The translations under genes were made by a program, and so were the position numbers. The notes under the pieces are model-generated. The model had not been told where the DNA came from and did not search any database. It saw only the letters and a program-made list of their open reading frames with translations. From assembly GCA_016840035.1 (NCBI GenBank), contig JAEOTC010000240.1, forward strand, positions 1 to 35,742: a stretch of 35,742 nucleotides of DNA, written 5' to 3'. Positions within the stretch are counted from its first letter, which is position 1. Each line of letters starts with the position of its first letter. This document shows positions 9,910 through 19,351 of this stretch, in pieces. The DNA is from Candidatus Hodarchaeota archaeon (GTDB taxonomy: Archaea; Asgardarchaeota; Heimdallarchaeia; Hodarchaeales; Hodarchaeaceae).

Positions 9910-11355
9910 ATGGTAACCACAAAAATTGTAGCAACCATTGGGCCTGCTAGTGATAAAATTCTAATCTTGAAGGACATATTAAAGTATGTAGATGTTTGTC
10001 GACTTAATTTTAGTCATGGGGCCTATCCTGATCATTTAGAACGGTATGAAAGAATTAGATCGGTTTCCAAAGATGTAGCGGTACTGGTTGATTTATGTGG
10101 ACCCAAGATTCGTACAGGGGACGTTGAAAAGGGGACGATATTAGAAAATGGACAGGAATTCAGGATATCAGGGAAGATAGGACTTGAAGGCAACTCAAAA
10201 GTAGTCTCTACGAATTATCCTCCTCTAATAAAAGATGCTAAGGTCGGGAACCATCTAGCAATTGATGATGGACTGTTACAATTTCGTGTGAAAAAGAAAA
10301 ATGCTAAGAAAAATGAGTTAGTGTGTGAAGTTTTGAATGGTGGGGTATTAAAATCACGAAAGGGGATAAATGCCCCTGATGTTCCTCTATCGATCTATTT
10401 TCCAACGCAAAAAGATTTAGATGATATTAGATTTGTACTTCGCAAATTTGATCAACCTGCTGACTATTTGGCTGCATCATTTGTAAGAAGAAAGGAAGAT
10501 ATACTTGCAGTAAGGGAGAAACTCGATGAAGCAAACTCCAGTATCAATATTATAAGTAAAATCGAAAATCAAGATGGATTAAAAAATTTTGATGAAATTC
10601 TCGAACATTCAGACGGGATAATGGTAGCACGAGGTGATCTTGGAATTGAAATTCCCAGTGAAAAAGTTCCGATTGTTCAGAAAGAGATCATCGCTAAATG
10701 CAATAAGGCGTCTAAACCAGTAATTGTTGCTACTCAAATGCTAGAATCAATGACAATTAATCCAAGACCAACTAGAGCAGAAGTATCTGATGTATCGAAT
10801 GCTATAATGGATGGTGCAGATGCTGTGATGCTAAGTGGAGAAACTGCTGTAGGAAAATTTCCTGTGGAAACAGTGGGTTATATGGAGCGGATTATTGATG
10901 AAATAGGGGCGAACTTACATCTGATTTCAACAGAACCGTCTTGGACAACAGATTCTCCCAATATCCCGGAAGTTCTCGGAAGAGCTGTTCATATGATCAG
11001 TGATGCAAGTTCTTTAGGGATCAATGCAATCGTTACAAGCACTCGATCGGGTTCAACCACACGAATGATTGCCAAATGTCGTCCCGAGAAGAAAATTATC
11101 GCTGGAACTCCTTATGAAACTGTTAAACGGCAATTACAATTAGTTTGGGGTGTATATCCATTATGTGTCAAAGTTACTCCTTCATATGACGAACTGTTAT
11201 TTGAGATCGTTTTAGCTGCAACTGAACAGCAAATGCTTGATCCTAAGGATACAATTTTAGCAGTAGGAGGAAGTATGCTGGGATTTCCAAGTAAAACAAA
11301 TCAATTGCAAATCTTAAATGTTGAAGATGTTTTGCTTTTCGGTCAACAGCTATAA
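9910..11355 (+). CDS. pyk: Pyruvate kinase
   Basis: TKIVATIGPAS, RLNFSHG, GPKIRTG, ISKIEN, DGIMVARGDLGIE, ATQMLESM, PTRAEVSDV and DAVMLSGETA. Confidence 0.98.
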   Translation: MVTTKIVATIGPASDKILILKDILKYVDVCRLNFSHGAYPDHLERYERIRSVSKDVAVLVDLCGPKIRTGDVEKGTILENGQEFRISGKIGLEGNSKVVSTNYPPLIKDAKVGNHLAIDDGLLQFRVKKKNAKKNELVCEVLNGGVLKSRKGINAPDVPLSIYFPTQKDLDDIRFVLRKFDQPADYLAASFVRRKEDILAVREKLDEANSSINIISKIENQDGLKNFDEILEHSDGIMVARGDLGIEIPSEKVPIVQKEIIAKCNKASKPVIVATQMLESMTINPRPTRAEVSDVSNAIMDGADAVMLSGETAVGKFPVETVGYMERIIDEIGANLHLISTEPSWTTDSPNIPEVLGRAVHMISDASSLGINAIVTSTRSGSTTRMIAKCRPEKKIIAGTPYETVKRQLQLVWGVYPLCVKVTPSYDELLFEIVLAATEQQMLDPKDTILAVGGSMLGFPSKTNQLQILNVEDVLLFGQQL

Positions 11356-11468
11356 GAGTTTCCAATCTCCTCCATTTCATTTTATTTAGGGAAGAATAAA
11401 TAAAGTAGAGTGATTTTAAAATATCCTCGTACGAAATTCCCTTCGGAGGAAGACACAATAGGAGAAGA

Positions 11469-13211
11469 TTGCAATTGAGTAGCTCTACCACCCAATCTGA
11501 AGAATCAATAATAACTAAAATTAAAGCCAATAGATTAGACCAAATCATTCAGATTCTTGAAATATCATTCATCTTTATGCTTTGTTATTCTATTATTACA
11601 CTAGTCGATGCCGCCTTTCTGGAATTAAACTTATATAATCCATTAAGTGACTTTCTGGGGGATGAAGGAGTAGGAAATCTAAATGGTGGGCATTTTGAGG
11701 AAATTGTGCGCGTAACCCTTATCTTTAATTTGTTATTATTTAGCATAAGCTTAATTTTTGGTTTGTGGATGCGACGGACCCGTGACGGATGGACATTCAA
11801 TCAATTGGGATACACATTAAAAACGCCCAATTACACTTTGGGTTCTCTTATTCGACGTGGATTACTCCTAGGGTTTATTGTAATCTTTGTGTGGTATACT
11901 CTGGTCACTCTTGTTCAATATCTAATAAATGGGGACTTAAATGAGGCAATTTTTATGCATCATTCGTTCCAAAGTAATGGGACGCTTTTAAACTCACATC
12001 AATTAGTTGCAGAGTATTATTTTGGATTTATTGAGATGGGCTTCATCTGGCCGTTATCAGCTGGTTTTTTCTTTTTCGCATATGTCCACAATTCATTGAA
12101 AGCTCGATTTCCTTTTGGAATTGCTAATTTACTGGCGACCTTCTTCTATGTAAGTTATCTTGCATTTTTTTTCATGATTGACAAGAGGGGGAAGTTAGAT
12201 AAAATAATTCCAGCAATGGAAAATCCTATGTTTTGGGCTATGCTTTTGAGTTTTGCAATTATGCTTTATATTTCTTTCAGTGCTTTTGCGGAAACAGGCT
12301 CTGTTGTACTTCCGTTTCTACTTAATTTTGTCTTGAATGTTGGATTAACATTATTTAAATCATTTAATTCACTCGTATTCATCTCCCAACCTGAATTAGC
12401 TCATATATGGATGATTATCCCGTATTTATTTATATTAACAATTATAGTCATTTGGTTCTTCCTTAAACCTGAGGATTTTTCTACACTAAAATTAGGAGTC
12501 AATCATCTTCGTGATATATTTCGAAAAAAATCTCGGGACGATGTTTCATTACGTGCAGCAGTCTACATCTTCGGGTTGTTCTTCATTCTGTCTTTTATTA
12601 TTCCAGGGTTCATTGAGTATGTGGTTTGGCAGAGAACACAACCAGTTCCGCTACCTTCAGAAGTAGTAAGTATAGTGTATGCAGTAACATATGCAGTAAT
12701 AGTTGCTTTAGCTATAATTGTGTTGACATATGAGCCTACGGAAGTTTACGATGTTCTCCTTGTCAAAATGCCTGATGGAATTCCGATTGCACACAGATTG
12801 AAGCTTTTCCAATCTGATGAGGTGTTAATATCAGGATTTTTTACTGCAATATCAAGTGTTTCAAAGGAGCTTGACGAGGATGAAAAAGCTGACCTTCGAT
12901 CAATAAAACGTGGAGACCGGGAAATCTTACTTGAAGATGGAGTCTTTACTCGGATCATCGCACTAGTCGACCGAGATCAATCCCGAATACGTCACCAAAT
13001 GCAAACAATCTTACGAAAATTTGAAAGTGCCAATGCCAATGCTTTAGCAAACTGGATTGGAAATCTTGATGCGATACCTGAATCGAAAGAATTTGTAAAA
13101 GAAATAGGTGGATTATCCATCAGATTTGATATACCGAATCAAACACGTCTGATAGGGGTATTAACCTTAATTCTAGCTCCTTTTATGATCGCTCTGATTG
13201 GTTTTCTATAA
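11469..13211 (+). CDS. Multi-pass membrane protein with degenerate CPBP/Abi-like core and cytoplasmic longin-like domain
   Basis: TTG start with AGGAG SD and many TM helices. The soluble segment YDVLLVKMPDGIPI...LISGFFTAISSVSKEL...IKRGDREILLE resembles Asgard longin-like modules. The function call is inference. Confidence 0.7.
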   Translation: MQLSSSTTQSEESIITKIKANRLDQIIQILEISFIFMLCYSIITLVDAAFLELNLYNPLSDFLGDEGVGNLNGGHFEEIVRVTLIFNLLLFSISLIFGLWMRRTRDGWTFNQLGYTLKTPNYTLGSLIRRGLLLGFIVIFVWYTLVTLVQYLINGDLNEAIFMHHSFQSNGTLLNSHQLVAEYYFGFIEMGFIWPLSAGFFFFAYVHNSLKARFPFGIANLLATFFYVSYLAFFFMIDKRGKLDKIIPAMENPMFWAMLLSFAIMLYISFSAFAETGSVVLPFLLNFVLNVGLTLFKSFNSLVFISQPELAHIWMIIPYLFILTIIVIWFFLKPEDFSTLKLGVNHLRDIFRKKSRDDVSLRAAVYIFGLFFILSFIIPGFIEYVVWQRTQPVPLPSEVVSIVYAVTYAVIVALAIIVLTYEPTEVYDVLLVKMPDGIPIAHRLKLFQSDEVLISGFFTAISSVSKELDEDEKADLRSIKRGDREILLEDGVFTRIIALVDRDQSRIRHQMQTILRKFESANANALANWIGNLDAIPESKEFVKEIGGLSIRFDIPNQTRLIGVLTLILAPFMIALIGFL

Positions 13212-13242
13212 AGAAAATAGAATAGGAGGAAAACTCCTCCAC

Positions 13243-13905
13243 TTATCGATTTAATATTCTAACCCACTCATATACAGGCTGACAAAGTTTTTCAATGCGT
13301 TCTTTTTCCGCATTCATTGGAGAAGGAGTCCATTTTGGATCAGGCTCAAACCAAAAATCAATGATGTTTCCAACACGGTCTTCTTCTTTAGCAAATTTCA
13401 CAATAACAGGCATATTAGTTTCTGTATGCCAAGGTTGGTCGATTTTCAAGATATTTGCCACTGCTGTTTTACTTTCTCCAACGAGGACATAGGCAAGCAC
13501 AAAAGGTAGCTTCTTCAGTGCACTCTTCGCTGCAAAACCACAGATAGTAAAAGTATGAAGAATCCCCGTTAGAGGCATCTCAACCCAGTCAGTGATTTCC
13601 AATTTGCAATCAAGGTTCCAACAATTGACACGGGGAGGAAAAGTTACATCTCCACACTTCGGGCACTTCGTACCAAGCAGCTTTCCTTCCTTTAATGCTT
13701 TGGCATATGGACTTAGAGCACCTAGACGAAAAGTATACAACATATCATAGTAAATTTGTTGTTCCACCCATTCTGATTTGTCAGAACTAGTCCCAGTCCG
13801 ATAATTTTGCCAGACCCATCCTCTCTCGGGAATGAGTTTGCTGATTTTTTCCCATCCTTTCCAATTAAAATCCGTATTATTTGGTGTTGAATGAAGTTTT
13901 GCCAT
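13243..13905 (-). CDS. DUF35-type Zn-ribbon/OB-fold protein (acyl-CoA-binding thiolase partner)
   Basis: LKEGKLLGTKCPKCG..FPPRVNC...C, G.LHTFT and PFVLAYV. The start is reassigned to ATG 13905 (MAKLH) with GAGGTG SD at 13912-13917. Confidence 0.92.
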   Translation of the reverse strand: MAKLHSTPNNTDFNWKGWEKISKLIPERGWVWQNYRTGTSSDKSEWVEQQIYYDMLYTFRLGALSPYAKALKEGKLLGTKCPKCGDVTFPPRVNCWNLDCKLEITDWVEMPLTGILHTFTICGFAAKSALKKLPFVLAYVLVGESKTAVANILKIDQPWHTETNMPVIVKFAKEEDRVGNIIDFWFEPDPKWTPSPMNAEKERIEKLCQPVYEWVRILNR

Positions 13906-13915
13906 TTTTTGCACC

Positions 13916-15184
13916 TCACACTCTCTGTAATATGAAATTACTAATTGACGTCCCAGTACCGGCATGAGAATTGACCAAACCAACTTCAGCATCTTTAACC
14001 TCGTTTTCAGTACTCTTATGTTCTCGTGGTATTAATCCTGTAAGCTGATAGTAGCATTCTATTGCAGACATCAGACCTGTGGCCCCTACGGGGTGTCCAT
14101 ATCCAATTAATCCCCCACCAGGGTTGGTGGGAATTTCACCATCCATCATGGGCATTTTATCGTGAATGAATTGTTTTGGGGTTGTCGATTCACACCACCC
14201 TAGAGCATTGTAAATCTGGAATTCAGAAGTTGAAAAAGCATCATGAACCTCTGCTACATCAATTTGTTTGTGAGAGTCTTTCCAGTTAATACCTGCCATT
14301 TTATAGGCTACTTCAGCTGAATGACGACAAGCAGCAAACTCTCCAAGACCTGGATATCCCGCTCCATACCTCTCGGTCCAACCAGGAAACGCATATCGAT
14401 CACCTGCACGTATGGTGCAAGACGATAATCCAGCACCTGTTATTTCAACATAGTGATCAGGAGAGTATTGCTTTGCATACTTCTCATTACACACGAGAAT
14501 GGTAGCTGCACCTTCAGACATAAAACAACAATCCCATTTTTTCAAGGGATAAGAGATCAGCCGACTTTCCATGACATCGTCCACGGTTAATTTTTTCCCT
14601 ACCTTTCGGAAATGTTGAGCTTTCTCTCCTGTGGCCATGGCATTATTCTTGTTTTTTACTGCAATCTCTGCAAAATCTTCTTCTGTTAATCCATACTCTT
14701 CCATGAAGACACGGGCAAGACCAGCATAATAGTTGGTATAATTCGCCCCAAGCATCGCTTCATATCGAGTATCTGATGCAATAGCTATAAACTCAGAGCC
14801 TTTACTCTGAGAAACCGATCCCATCAATTCATAACCAATAACGGGAACTACATTTGCTAATCCTGCGCGAACCAAAGCATAAGCTGCATATAGAGCGCTT
14901 CCACCTGTGTTCCCACCATTATCAATTCTGAAGTGGGGGACGCCAACTAAACCAAGATGATCATGAAGAATCCAATAAGATGTCAATTGATGAGCAAAAT
15001 GAACACTAAAATGGCTGTAAACAACCATTCCATCCTCTCTCACGTCCTTTAAATGAAAATTAGGTACATCTTCATATAATTGACGAATTGTATTTGCTAC
15101 AAGCTCCTCAATCTGCAGATTTACTGGATAATCAAAAGGAGTAGTCGTTCCTCCTGCTATAAATACTTGTTGCTGTTCTACCAT
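13916..15184 (-). CDS. Thiolase-superfamily protein (SCP-x/archaeal acetyl-CoA acetyltransferase-like) lacking the nucleophilic Cys
   Basis: IAVKNKNNA, DCC.MSEGAA, EVHDAF and NPGGGLIGYGHPVGATG. The expected CASG loop reads DNGGNTGG. Confidence 0.9.
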   Translation of the reverse strand: MVEQQQVFIAGGTTTPFDYPVNLQIEELVANTIRQLYEDVPNFHLKDVREDGMVVYSHFSVHFAHQLTSYWILHDHLGLVGVPHFRIDNGGNTGGSALYAAYALVRAGLANVVPVIGYELMGSVSQSKGSEFIAIASDTRYEAMLGANYTNYYAGLARVFMEEYGLTEEDFAEIAVKNKNNAMATGEKAQHFRKVGKKLTVDDVMESRLISYPLKKWDCCFMSEGAATILVCNEKYAKQYSPDHYVEITGAGLSSCTIRAGDRYAFPGWTERYGAGYPGLGEFAACRHSAEVAYKMAGINWKDSHKQIDVAEVHDAFSTSEFQIYNALGWCESTTPKQFIHDKMPMMDGEIPTNPGGGLIGYGHPVGATGLMSAIECYYQLTGLIPREHKSTENEVKDAEVGLVNSHAGTGTSISNFILQRV

Positions 15185-15596
15185 AATATATCCTCTATAA
15201 ATCTCTTTCCAACACTATTCAAAACTTTATTTCGAGTTTTCATACGTAATTAAGAATTACTTTCCAATCAAAGAACGGATCTGTGATCGGTAGAAAACCA
15301 CATTTTTACAAGTGATACTCCTTAAAAAAACCTCCCTAAAGGTAATCATATCTTAAAGTAGGATGTGGTAAATTCGTTTTATACGGAATTTTAACGATTC
15401 CCACGACTAAGATTGAATTATTGCGTAGGAATGCTAATAGTTTTACTTGGTAAGAATGGTAAGATTGTTGGGAAAGAATCAATGCATTGAGATTTTTTAT
15501 CTGTGGAGATTCGAAATACTATTCCTTAAGAATAATACATTTGAGGAAGAAATTCTTTATCGAAGTCTATAAGATGACAACTGATACTCCTATAAA

Positions 15597-16550
15597 ATGA
15601 TTATTGGAGAGACGAATGTGAGTACAAGACAGTTTAGAGCAATATTCGATCTTTTAAGATTCACTCTGGGAATTTTAAGCAGTTTTGCTGTTCTCTCCGC
15701 TGGTTTCATAGTGTATGTGCTCGAGGGGAGTGTACCCGATTTTGTTAATTATTTTTTTAATAATGGTGTTTTAGAATGGCCAGGACTACTATTTGGACTA
15801 TTTGCCACCATGTTACTCACTTGGGGTAACCAATCAGTTAATGATCTATTTGATGTGGAAACTGATATTGCAAATCAACGATTCGATCGTCCATTAGCAA
15901 GAGGAGATCTTTCTAAAGATTTTGTCAAAGCTCTTACCTTCTTTATGTTTTCCAGTGCCGTAGTTATAATCGGTGTTTTGGTTTTAATATACGACATCAC
16001 TCCTGCACTGTTTATATTTACACTGATCTTTGTTGTAATTGGTGTTGGTTATAATTTTGGGGTTAAACAACTCGGTTTTATTGGTAATATCTGGGTATCA
16101 ATAGGGTATGTAGCACCATTATTTATCGGGTTTTTCTTACTAGATCCCAACAAAGAATTAACCATAATAGCCTGTATAATTATAATAAATTCGACCTTCT
16201 TTATGAGTGTAGGTAGGGAGGTTATCAAAGATATTCAAGATTATGAGGGGGACAAACAGCTGCAGTTGAATTCTTTAGCAGTAAAATTCGGGCCTAAAAC
16301 TGCGGGAATTGTTGCGACCATATTTTTTGCCATCACTGTGCTTTCCTCAATTGTTGCAGGATTCCTTGTATACAAAAATTTGGTTTTTTGGGTTCTTGAT
16401 GGAGTTTTTGTTCTTATCCTTGTATTAACAAGTTATACCGTATTCACAGAGAGTACTCAGGGTGGGAAAAAAGCAAGAAAGTATACACGGTGGTCATTGT
16501 GGGTAGCACTAGGTGCTTTCTTCTTCGGTGTTTTTTTCATCCCCACGTAA
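15597..16550 (+). CDS. UbiA-family prenyltransferase, digeranylgeranylglyceryl-phosphate synthase-like
   Basis: Asp-rich motifs NDLFDVETDIAN...RPLARG and REVIKDIQDYEGD, plus multiple TM helices. Confidence 0.88.
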   Translation: MIIGETNVSTRQFRAIFDLLRFTLGILSSFAVLSAGFIVYVLEGSVPDFVNYFFNNGVLEWPGLLFGLFATMLLTWGNQSVNDLFDVETDIANQRFDRPLARGDLSKDFVKALTFFMFSSAVVIIGVLVLIYDITPALFIFTLIFVVIGVGYNFGVKQLGFIGNIWVSIGYVAPLFIGFFLLDPNKELTIIACIIIINSTFFMSVGREVIKDIQDYEGDKQLQLNSLAVKFGPKTAGIVATIFFAITVLSSIVAGFLVYKNLVFWVLDGVFVLILVLTSYTVFTESTQGGKKARKYTRWSLWVALGAFFFGVFFIPT

Positions 16551-16566
16551 CTAGAGGTGACGTTAA

Positions 16567-17934
16567 ATGGAATCTACAGTAGAAAAAACGACGAGTGAGA
16601 CAAAAATTTCTACAAAGGATATGCTGTATGTTTTTGCTGTTATCCTAATTCTTGTAGCATGTTTTGACCTTGTAGGAAATATAATTACGTTTGGAATTTT
16701 CTTTGGAATTTTTAATGATATAATCCAGGTAACAGAAGCAAATGAATCCATATTAAATTTATTCCTGAACTTAGGTGCTCAGATCGGGGCTATTGTTGGA
16801 TTCTCACTCCTTTATAAAGCTGGAAAAATCGAACCTGAAGAAAAAACTACCCCTCCAGGCCAACATCTCCTTACCACATATCTCTTACACGCAATGAACA
16901 TCTTTTTGCTATTTATTATCATTCTCCCTTTGGATAGCGTTTTAAAGGAACTAGGATTCACCACAGACTCACCTTACGATACAATTGCCCCCACAGCAGC
17001 AACTATCAATGATCCAGTATTCATAATACTATTCTTTAGCGTTTTGGCTATAGGAGCACCAATTTGGGAAGAATTAGTTTTTCGACGAACATTAATTCCA
17101 CTATTTGAAAGAAGGGGCATGGGTCAAACATGGGCGTTAGTTTTTTCAAGTTTAATCTTTTCTTTACAACATACTCCCACGGATCTCTATAATGGGTCAG
17201 CAGGTTTTGCAATCGAACATTTTTTCAGTACTTTTTTTGGTGGGTTACTTCTTGGCTTTCTATATTTAAGAACCCGGAATATTATCTGGCCAATACTATT
17301 TCATTCATTAACAAATAGTTTTGCCCTTCTAGGTGAATTTTCAGATATTAGCCTTCCAGGTGTGGGATATTCCGTTTTAAGTGGATTCATGATATATTGG
17401 ACACTTATTGCTCTCGGAGTTGGGGCTTTAGCTTCGGCATATTTCTTTATAAAGTTGCTTGGGTCTGGAAGAGATGAATTTAAACCGTTTTGGATTCATA
17501 TTTTGTCAGAAACGAAAACTCGATCTGTATCGTTATTAAAATTCGGTGGTTTCTTAATTATCTTTGTATTGATATCAGGTGTTGTTCCAATTTTCCTTGA
17601 TTTATTCGAAGAGGTATTGAATCCTGGAACGGAATCTGAATTGTTAACCTACCTCCTAATTCAAGGTCTCTTTTATGTAGTGTTCATTGCAGGATTATGT
17701 TTATTTGTTTTTAATATGAACCCTATTAGCAATCCGATTTTTGTTTCAAAATTTTTAGAAGCAGATTGGATAAAACCAGTTTTACGCCGACCAGATTTCG
17801 TTCCAACAGTACAAACTGCACAGACTGCAGGGAAAACTCAGTTCTGTATTTCATGTGGAAACGAAATTCTTCCAAGTGCGAAGTACTGTGCATTTTGTGG
17901 AGCTGATCTTAGTTTCTTAAAGAATGTAAGATAA
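16567..17934 (+). CDS. CPBP/Abi (Rce1-like) intramembrane glutamic endopeptidase with C-terminal zinc ribbon
   Basis: APIWEELVFRR, FSLQH and PILFHSLTN motifs are intact. C-terminal CISCG...KYCAFCG. SD GAGGTG. Confidence 0.92.
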   Translation: MESTVEKTTSETKISTKDMLYVFAVILILVACFDLVGNIITFGIFFGIFNDIIQVTEANESILNLFLNLGAQIGAIVGFSLLYKAGKIEPEEKTTPPGQHLLTTYLLHAMNIFLLFIIILPLDSVLKELGFTTDSPYDTIAPTAATINDPVFIILFFSVLAIGAPIWEELVFRRTLIPLFERRGMGQTWALVFSSLIFSLQHTPTDLYNGSAGFAIEHFFSTFFGGLLLGFLYLRTRNIIWPILFHSLTNSFALLGEFSDISLPGVGYSVLSGFMIYWTLIALGVGALASAYFFIKLLGSGRDEFKPFWIHILSETKTRSVSLLKFGGFLIIFVLISGVVPIFLDLFEEVLNPGTESELLTYLLIQGLFYVVFIAGLCLFVFNMNPISNPIFVSKFLEADWIKPVLRRPDFVPTVQTAQTAGKTQFCISCGNEILPSAKYCAFCGADLSFLKNVR

Positions 17935-18037
17935 ATTTCAAAGGATTATCATAATAGACGTATCTCCAAGCTCTGATCCGCAATAGAGTTCAAGTCACGC
18001 TCAAAATCGATAAATTCGAGAAAGTAGGTATCAAACC

Positions 18038-19351
18038 ATGGAAATAAGTCAAAATTCAGGAATGAGAAACCGTTTTCTCCCTTTCAAGTATCCTGACTTC
18101 GGAAAACTCTTTTTAGGTCAATTTATTTCCAATATTGGTTCGCAATTTTCGTATATGGCACTCCAGTTCTTGATCTTTGATCTTACAGGGGATCTAGTTA
18201 TGATGGCTGTACTCGCAATTACCGAAGCTGTACCTATCATACTTATTGGTCCGTTCGCAGGAGTTCTCATTGATAGATATGATAGAAAGTATATCATGGC
18301 AATTGCAAATGGTTTCCAAGCAGTAGTAATTTTCTTAATTCCCCTCACGGCTATATATACTGGATCAACTCGTATTATAGCAATATTAGTTCTAGCTTTT
18401 CTGAATTCCGCATTTGCTCGATTCTTCTTTCCTGCAAGAGGAGCATCTATTCCAAGATTAATTGAGGATAAAGAGGATCTGTTTGGAGCGAACTCATTAA
18501 GTGCGGGGGCGTATCAAACATCCGCTTTAATTGGACCTATGTTGGCTGGAATAATAATAGGGATTTATGGTTATCAAATTCCCTTTATAATCGACAGCTT
18601 AACATTTATTTTCTCCTCTATTTGTATTTTGTCGATTTCGACCTCATTAAAGGTAACTTCACGATCTAAACAAAGTCCATTTCAGGATTTAGAGGAAGGT
18701 GCGAGGTTTATCAAGGGATTCTTACCCATCTTCTACCTTTTAATCATCTTTTCAGTTCTAATGTTTGCAGGTGGAGCGACCCTATTTCTAATAGTTCCTT
18801 TTCTAGAAATTGAATTTGGGTTAACATCTCGTGGCCCGAGAGAGTTTGTCTTTGGTTTATTTTCCGCATTATCAGCTACTGTAGGAATGCTGTTTGCAGT
18901 TTTTCTTTCAAGGAAAAAGCAATTACGAAGACCAATTACATTGATAACATACTCACTAGTTCTTGCTGGTATAATGCTCATTGGATTTGGCGCTTCAACT
19001 GCTCTTTGGATGCTAGCAATTGCGTGGATAGGTTTTGGGACAATAGAAGTCGCAGTAGGGATACCTTTACAAACAATTGCTCAAGAAACAGTCCCTGATG
19101 AACTTCGGGGAAAAGTATTTTCTTTCATCAATTTAGCAATTACTTTTTCCCAAATAATTGGGATGGGATTCGTTGGTCTATTAGCTGCCGGGCCTCTTGC
19201 ATTACGGGGGACTTTTACGGTAAGTGGTCTTTTCATGATCATTATTGCTTTTTTCGGATTCCTCTTCTTAAACCGAAAGGATCTAGAAGGTATCGCTACC
19301 CAAAAACGTGAGGAATTTCGTGCTAAACCACGAGAAGTTATGTCACAGTAG
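18038..19351 (+). CDS. MFS transporter (DHA3/macrolide-efflux-like)
   Basis: LGQFISNIG, motif A GVLIDRYDRK, VPDELRGKV and about 12 TM helices. Confidence 0.93.
   Translation: MEISQNSGMRNRFLPFKYPDFGKLFLGQFISNIGSQFSYMALQFLIFDLTGDLVMMAVLAITEAVPIILIGPFAGVLIDRYDRKYIMAIANGFQAVVIFLIPLTAIYTGSTRIIAILVLAFLNSAFARFFFPARGASIPRLIEDKEDLFGANSLSAGAYQTSALIGPMLAGIIIGIYGYQIPFIIDSLTFIFSSICILSISTSLKVTSRSKQSPFQDLEEGARFIKGFLPIFYLLIIFSVLMFAGGATLFLIVPFLEIEFGLTSRGPREFVFGLFSALSATVGMLFAVFLSRKKQLRRPITLITYSLVLAGIMLIGFGASTALWMLAIAWIGFGTIEVAVGIPLQTIAQETVPDELRGKVFSFINLAITFSQIIGMGFVGLLAAGPLALRGTFTVSGLFMIIIAFFGFLFLNRKDLEGIATQKREEFRAKPREVMSQ

Noticed and set aside
13906-13992. N-terminal extension of the DUF35 ORF given by the ORF track
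   Set aside because: It overlaps the thiolase 3' end, and ATG 13905 has a clear GAGGTG SD.
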